DNA of 53,403 nt from Prorocentrum cordatum. Taxonomy: Eukaryota. Where the stretch lies: positions 62,001-115,403 of the forward strand of contig CAUYUJ010000319.1 of the NCBI GenBank assembly GCA_963575745.1. Reading direction: 5' to 3'. The translations under genes and the position numbers were made by a program. Positions 47,071 to 53,403 of the stretch are shown piece by piece. How positions within the stretch are numbered: position 1 is the stretch's first letter; every line of letters begins with the position of its first letter. Under the pieces are notes generated by a model. It saw only the letters and a program-made list of their open reading frames with translations. It was not told the DNA's origin and searched no databases.

Positions 47071-50000
47071 ATGGGCAAGCACAACGAGACGGCGCGGTCC
47101 ACTTTGATATGCGAGCGGTCGCGTGGAATGCGAGGGCGCCTTTTTCACAGCGATGACACAGTGAGGGTGCGCAGAGTGAGGCTGCCGCGACGCCTGGTGC
47201 TTGATGGCAGTATAGTTGCTTTGCAAGAGACGCACGGTGCCCCGTGCGATGTCAGAGACCTCCTCTACTCCCTCCACCTCCCTCTTCATGCGCACTGGTC
47301 GGTTCATGAGGACTTCCGAACTGGGGGCGTGATCGCCGTTTTCCCTCGTTTCTTTCCCGCCGGGTCCCGCGGGGTCTTGACGGGCGGCGCCCGCCCCCTC
47401 GTCTCCTCCTCTCCTCTGATCCCTGACCGCGTACTTCAGGCCAAGATAGGGACTGTGAATGGGCAGTGCTGGATCCAGCACTTCAACATTCACAATCACC
47501 ACTTGTCGGCGGGCGACAAGGCAGTTTTGTTCGGCGCGATGGCGGATGCGCTTCAGCAGGCGCCGGAGGATCCGCTAAATAGATTAGTTCTCATCGCGGG
47601 CGATCCGAACCTCTCTTCACATGAACCACTCTCTCTTAACCCCCCGAAAGGTGATTTCAATGCTTTTGCTGGCCCTCACCTCCGCCCCCTCCCCACGGTT
47701 TGGAGCCAGACGTTAACCCACGCGGTTGAATTTGAGCTTCTCACCCCCCCCCCCCCCCCCCCGCTCATTTCAACAGCCAAAGCTCGTCGTTGAGCTTTCT
47801 TGATCGGATCTTAAATTCGTTGCCAGGCTGGATTCTCTCGCAATGCGCGTCAGGGGGGGGGGGGGTCGCGGAGCGCCCCGAGGTGCTGGGCGCGCAGGGT
47901 CTCGCCGACCATGCCCCCGTCGTCGCTCACATTCGGGCGCGCCCGCCCAGACCTGCAGGGGGCAGACCGATCCCCCAGGAGCTGTCTGCCTCCGCTCCGC
48001 GCATGCACTTCGCGGGCTGCGCGGCGCACGCTGCCCCCCTTGGGGCCCCAGGGGTCCCCATTTGGGGCCCTCTCGGGGTGCGCCCCTGGCCCCGGAGGAG
48101 GAGGAGGAGCTAGGAGGAGGAGGAGGAGGAGGAGGAGGAGGAGGACGAGGAGGAGCAGGAGGAGCAGGAGCATGAGGAAGCATGGGTCAAAGTGTGGCCT
48201 CTGCACAGCGGCCCCCGCTTCTCCCTCCTCGGAGACCACGCCCCCTCTTGCTCACGAGTGCTACAAAGCCCTGATGGCGGAGGCGGCCCGTTCCGCCAGA
48301 GACCAGCTCATCCAGAAACCTACCTCGCGCTCACCTCTCCCGATTTCGGGTGGTCCGAGGAATGGTTCGTGCTTTGTTCCGCCAGGGCTGGATCTTGGCT
48401 CGGCGTCTTTTCAGTCGCGCCCGCTGTGCAGAGAGCGCCTCGTCTTGGACCTTGACTCGCACTCCATCTCCCTCCGCAGCCCTGTCCTCTTCACGACCCT
48501 CTCCAACGAGCTCCGCCTCAAGGCGGCCCAGGCGACGCGGCGCATTTTGCAGGCCAGTGCTCAGCGGCGGCGGCGCCCGTCTGCGATCGCCCGGGTCTCG
48601 GCCCGCGCTCGCAGGCTTAATCGTCTCTCGAAGCTGTGGTCTCCCGTCGATCGACGTCTCACGCTCGCGGGAGTTCGCGCCGGCGGAGGTGGCACTGTAC
48701 AGGCGCCGTCCGCGATCCTTACAACTTTGGCTCAGCATTGGGCCCCGATCTTTACTGCTAAGGAGTGCCGCCAAGAGGAAGCTGAAGCATTCTTAGACAT
48801 ATTCCCCCCAGCTTAACTGCGAAGCCATCCCTCCGCCTACCCTCCAGCACATCCAGAGACATCTCGAAGCTCAGACCCGTAGCGCCCCTGGCCCCGACAG
48901 GCCCCCGTATAGCGCGTGGCGCTTTGCTTCTCGAGGCGCGGAAGTGCTCCGCCATTCGACGCGCCGGGTCCACTCTGGCCAGAGCCTACTCTTTGGATGC
49001 AGCGCGGTGCGAGGGGTCTTCGTTCCCAAGGGGTCCGACCCTCCGAGGGGGCCTGCGGGCGCTCGTCGCCCCGCGGAAACGCGCCCGCTCGGTTTGAAAA
49101 AAAACTGCGACAGCAAAGTGATCGCGAGTCTCTGTGCGCCCCCGGACCTCCTCGCCCCCCGCGGGCCTCGACGAGGCCCAGCGCGGTTTCGCCCCGCGCC
49201 GTAATTTCGGCCAGAACATTCTCAAGCTCGACGCCGCGGGGCGGCAAGCGAGCATGTGCCAGCTTTCCTCTCCTCCGCTTCCCGCCCCTCCTCTGATTTG
49301 ATGTTGGGCAGGCGCCCCCCGTCGATGGCCCAGAGTTGGCTGTTCGCTGTGTTGAAACGTGTTTCTCCCCCCCCTGCGCTCCTCCACCTCCAACTCGATC
49401 TGCGCGTTGTCGTCATCTGCGCGAGCCTCGTCGGGGGCCTCCAGCAGGTCCTCTTCTGGGTCACCAGTGGCATCCTTCAAGGCTGCCCAGCTGGCGGTGC
49501 GCTTTTCGCTAGTGGGGCCGACCCGTTCCTCCGTATGCTTAGGGCTTTGCTGGAATCTCGAGGAGAAGGTATTGCGAGAGCGTGTGCAGATGACGTAGGA
49601 GCCAATTTGTACCAGCTGAAGGATATTGCGGTCATCGCCTCTGTCTTCAGAGTGGCAGAGTCGCTCGCGCACCTCATCTTGAGGGTGCAACAGTGCAAGC
49701 TCGTGCCCCTCGCTGCTGGGTTCACGGAAAACCTAACTCATCAATATCGAACCGTCATGTCCACTCTGGTCCCTCAATGGTCAGGCTTCGAGATTAGCCC
49801 CGTGGCTCTTTACCTTGGTCTCTGGTTGGGCCCAGCTGCTACGCCCTATACCTCGCTGAGAGACCCTTGGGCCAAGTACATGCAGCGCGCGCGTGCGTGA
49901 GCTGAGGTGGGGGCGCCAACTGAGCTCGCCACCCCCATGTGTGCGCGTCGAGTGCTCGCGGGCCTCCCTTAGGTTGGTCAGTGCCAGTTCATTCTTCCAG

Positions 50001-50670
50001 AGATGAGGAAAAGGAGGCAGTGATCTCGGCTAACAGATTCAAGCTCCCATGTTTCCGCGTGGGCGAGCAGGGCTGGCCGAACCTCGAGAAGTGGGGCGGC
50101 CCTCATGTCAGAAGGGTTTGGCGCACTATTTCGCAGCCGGTGTGAGCCAGCAGATTCGCGTTCCCAGATTGGCGTCCCCTTCTAGATGGACTCCGTACCA
50201 GCGTTGAGAACTCCCTCGCAATTGTTACCATCGTTCGTGGCAAGCAGTGGCCTGATTTCTGGAGACAGCAGCTGTGGCCAGAGTTCTGCCCCCCCCCCCC
50301 CCGCTTTCGTCAGCGCCCTCGAGGCCGCCTCCAAAGGTTTCCCCGCGTCTGCGTCTCTCAGGGCGATCTGTCATCCTGCTATACACCAACTTAACCTTAT
50401 TCAACATCACCGACGTCACCCTCCTCCGCGTGCCCTTCATCCTCAGCGTCACCTTTCCCAACTCCTTCATGACTCTCTTTTCCCTGACGGGGTCCAAGAA
50501 CTCTTTCTCCGTCGTCTCAGATCCTGGCTCCCGCGCTGCATCCTTGCCATTAACCTTATCCCCTGGACCGAAGTGCGTGCCCCCCTCCTCTCCCTCCCCC
50601 CTCTTGGAGGGCTGCCATCGTTAGAACCCTTGTCGGGGTTGTCTTCGCCGTTCACCTTCGCAATGAGATG
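47071..50670 (+). pseudogene. ORF2 remnant (APE endonuclease-reverse transcriptase)
   Basis: Motifs listed above are spread over ORF fragments 47071-47793, 47790-48113, 47911-48816, 48944-49204 and 49256-49900. Confidence 0.85.
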
Positions 50671-51678
50671 AGAACCTCTTCGACTGTGCTCAGTGCGACG
50701 TCGAGCGGAGCCGTCGTGCGGCTGGTCCGCCGCGAGGTTGCACGTCCAGCGACTTGAAGGACCAGGCCCGCGGCCACGCTCGAGGAGGAGGAGGATGCAA
50801 AGAACAGGAGGGATGATGACATTGATAACGGTGACGGTGATTGCGCCCCGCAAGTTTGACAATGCCCGCAAGAGGAGGATGCGGATGAACATGAGGGGGT
50901 GAGGAGGAAGATGAGGGAGCAGGAAACCGAGCCCTCGTTGGGCTCCCCTGCGCCAGTGGAGGGCCAGGACGTCCGCAACCGCTTTCCCCGGGGCTGGTGC
51001 CGCAGCGGCGCCGCCGGCCGCCGCTGGCGCCGCCGCCGAAGTGGCCGCGCGCGAGGGGCCCATGGCGACCGCAGTCACTTCGGCGGGACCTCCGCCGGCG
51101 CCAGCGCGGCGCCCGTGGCGCCGCAGGACTTGGCCCTGCGATTCGCCCCCGGATCTGGCACTGGCTCCGCCATCGCCACAGCGCCCGCGCGGTCGACAGC
51201 TGCCGCCGCCGCGACGCGGCGCGTCGCGACCGCAGGGCGTCCGCCCGCGCGTTGTCTTTCAGCTCGTCCTGCAGCCCCACCGCCCGCGCCCGCGAGGGCG
51301 GCGCCGCGGCTGCGCGGGCGCTGGGCCGCGCGGCCGCTCTTAGCCGCCCTGCGCTCCGCCCTTCGCGGGGGGCGACTCCGCGCAGCCTTCTGCGCGGCTC
51401 GGTCAAGATCGTCTCGCTGCGCCGCTCGGGCCGCTCCTTTCCTCGCAGCGGCGAGGCCAAGGCCGCGGTGGCCCACGGCAGCTGCCGTTGCAGCAGCAGT
51501 CCGGCGCGGGGCGCCCACGAGCAACGCGACGCGCGTCGCCGGTTCCATGGGGGCGGTCGCAGCGCAGCCGCCGCCAGCCGCCATCCCGCGCGCGCGCCCG
51601 AGGGAGCGCGCGCTCACACACGTACTGGAGCCTGCGGCTCGAGCCAACCTGGCAGGCTGCGGATGATGGTGGTGACGG

Positions 51679-51716
<38 letters not shown>

Positions 51717-52879
51717 TTGATGCTGACTATCCTGGTGATGCCTATGGTGGTGCTGATGATAATTATGGTGTTTCTGATGATTCTGATGTTGATAATGATG
51801 CTGATGATGCTGATCACGATGGTGCCAATGATGATGGTGGCCATGATGTTGATACGTATGATGATGACGTGGGTGATGATGACGATGATGATTATGGTGG
51901 CGATGACAATGATGATGTTGCTGATGATGATGATGACGACGATGATGATGATTATGACGATGACGATGACGATGCCGATGATGATTGTGGTGATGTTATG
52001 ATGCTGACGACGGTGATGGTGTAGATGAAGAAGATGCTGATGATGCTGATGGTGATGATGAGCATGGTGGTTGTGGTGGTGGTGATTCGGATGATGACAA
52101 TGATGCTGATGATTATGGTGATGATGTTGGTGATGATGATGGTGGTGGTGGTGATGATGTTGATGCTGCGGGTAATGACGCTGATGCGGATGACGCTGCT
52201 GGTGATGATGAAGGTGCTGGTTATAAGTATGCTGATGATGCTGACGATGGTAACCGTGTTGATGATGCAGCTGCTGCTGATAATGGTGATGATGGTTATG
52301 ATGGTGATGCTGATGTTGTTGCTGATGATGATGGTGGTGGTGATGATGATGAGGATGATGATGCTCATGCTGCTGATGATGGTGATGATGGTGACCATGC
52401 TGATGACAACGATGCGGATGCTGATTCTGTCGGCCCTGCTGATGCTGATTTCCATGCTGCCGATGATGACACATATGATGAATATAATGCTGACGATGGT
52501 TATGGTGCTGCTGATGGTGATCATGGCGATGGCGATGATGCTGGTGATGATGACGATTATGCTGATGATTCGGATGATGGTGACGGTACGATGATGGAGA
52601 TGCTGAAGATGATACTGGTGATGCTGCTTATTATGCTGACGATTCTGATGGTGATGCTGGGGATGATGATGATGCGGCTGATGATGATGATGATGTTGAT
52701 GATGCTGATGATCCTGATGCTGCTGACGACGATGATGATGATGCTGATGCAGATCATGATGATGATGATGATGATGGTGATGATGATGCTTATGCTGCTG
52801 ATGATGATGATGATGATGGCTGTGGTGGTGGTGGTGATGGTGGTGATGATGATGATGACGATGATGATGATGATGATGC

Positions 52880-52911
<32 letters not shown>

Positions 52912-53338
52912 CTGATGATGATGATGATGAGTATTCTGACGCTGCTGCTGCTGGTGCTGATGAGGATGATGCGGATGATGATGATGCTGGTGATGAAGAT
53001 GGTGGTGGTGGTGGTGATGGTGGAGGAGGAGGAGGAGGCGGGGGAGGAGGATGATGAGGAGGAAGAGGAGACGAAGGAGGAGGAGGAGGAAGAGGAAAAG
53101 GAGGAAGGTACGCTCTCCCTCTCTGGGCTATCCTGCAGGCACTCGGCCCAAACAGGGGGGGGGCATTACTCAGGACCCCAATCTGGAGCCACAACAAAAA
53201 CCGCTTATTGGAGCCAACTGATGCTTTCTAGGAATGCTCTTGTGCTTTGGATCGCTCTTGGGCCCTTCTGGGCTACTCTGGGTGCTCTCCTAGGCCGTTC
53301 TGAGGATGGTCAGGAGGATGAGGATGAGGATGAGGATG

Positions 53339-53403
<65 letters not shown>

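Larger units (their letters stand above)
45557..50690 (+). mobile_element. Degenerate non-LTR retrotransposon (LINE): ORF1-like + APE endonuclease + reverse transcriptase
   Basis: Endonuclease motifs VALQETHG, IAGDPN, LDRIL and LADHAPV (47.2-47.9 kb). RT motifs SAPGPD..PYSAW, VFVPKG..TRPLGL, QRGF, SGILQGCPAGG.LF, CADDV and YLG (48.9-49.8 kb). Several frameshifts/stops and a (GGA)n insert at ~48095-48180. 3' end approximate. Confidence 0.88.

Noticed and set aside
50782..50797. GAGGAGGAGGATG as the LINE's 3' TSD matching the 5' flank
   Set aside because: Low-complexity motif found throughout the window; not diagnostic.
51644..51651. Candidate 8-nt micro-exon continuing HRDIKP(S)NL
   Set aside because: Phase-compatible but too short to support without cDNA.
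50690..51660. GC-rich ORFs on both strands after the LINE
   Set aside because: No recognisable motif or consistent exon chain; openness is explained by GC content.

Overview
GC-rich eukaryotic DNA from a dinoflagellate: a perfect 22-nt dinoflagellate spliced leader (DinoSL) is present, and introns use AG|G boundaries with GT/GC/GA donors. The repeat style suggests Prorocentrum (inference). Most of the ORF track is translated microsatellite. Manual exon chaining recovers three spliced + strand genes. (1) The 3' part of a coiled-coil protein with Sfi1-like repeats (~4.1-9.7 kb). (2) An IRAK/Pelle (RLK-type) Ser/Thr kinase split into small exons from ~16.2 to at least 44.0 kb. (3) An apparently complete 7-exon cystathionine gamma-lyase/synthase-family gene (25509-29619) nested on the same strand inside a 13.2-kb kinase intron. 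This nested gene has a candidate relic SL upstream and one 1-kb terminal exon. Most of its 5' introns contain TIR mini-transposons, and one is a clear Introner (long TIRs, 10-bp TSD supplying the AG). The window also holds a degenerate, apparently 5'-complete LINE that starts exactly at a tandem DinoSL (45557-~50690), a 3' RNase H-type retroelement fragment, several MITE families, two dispersed families that each sit in a specific microsatellite type, and a head-to-tail dimer of a 546-bp TIR element. All calls are by eye; no database searches were run.
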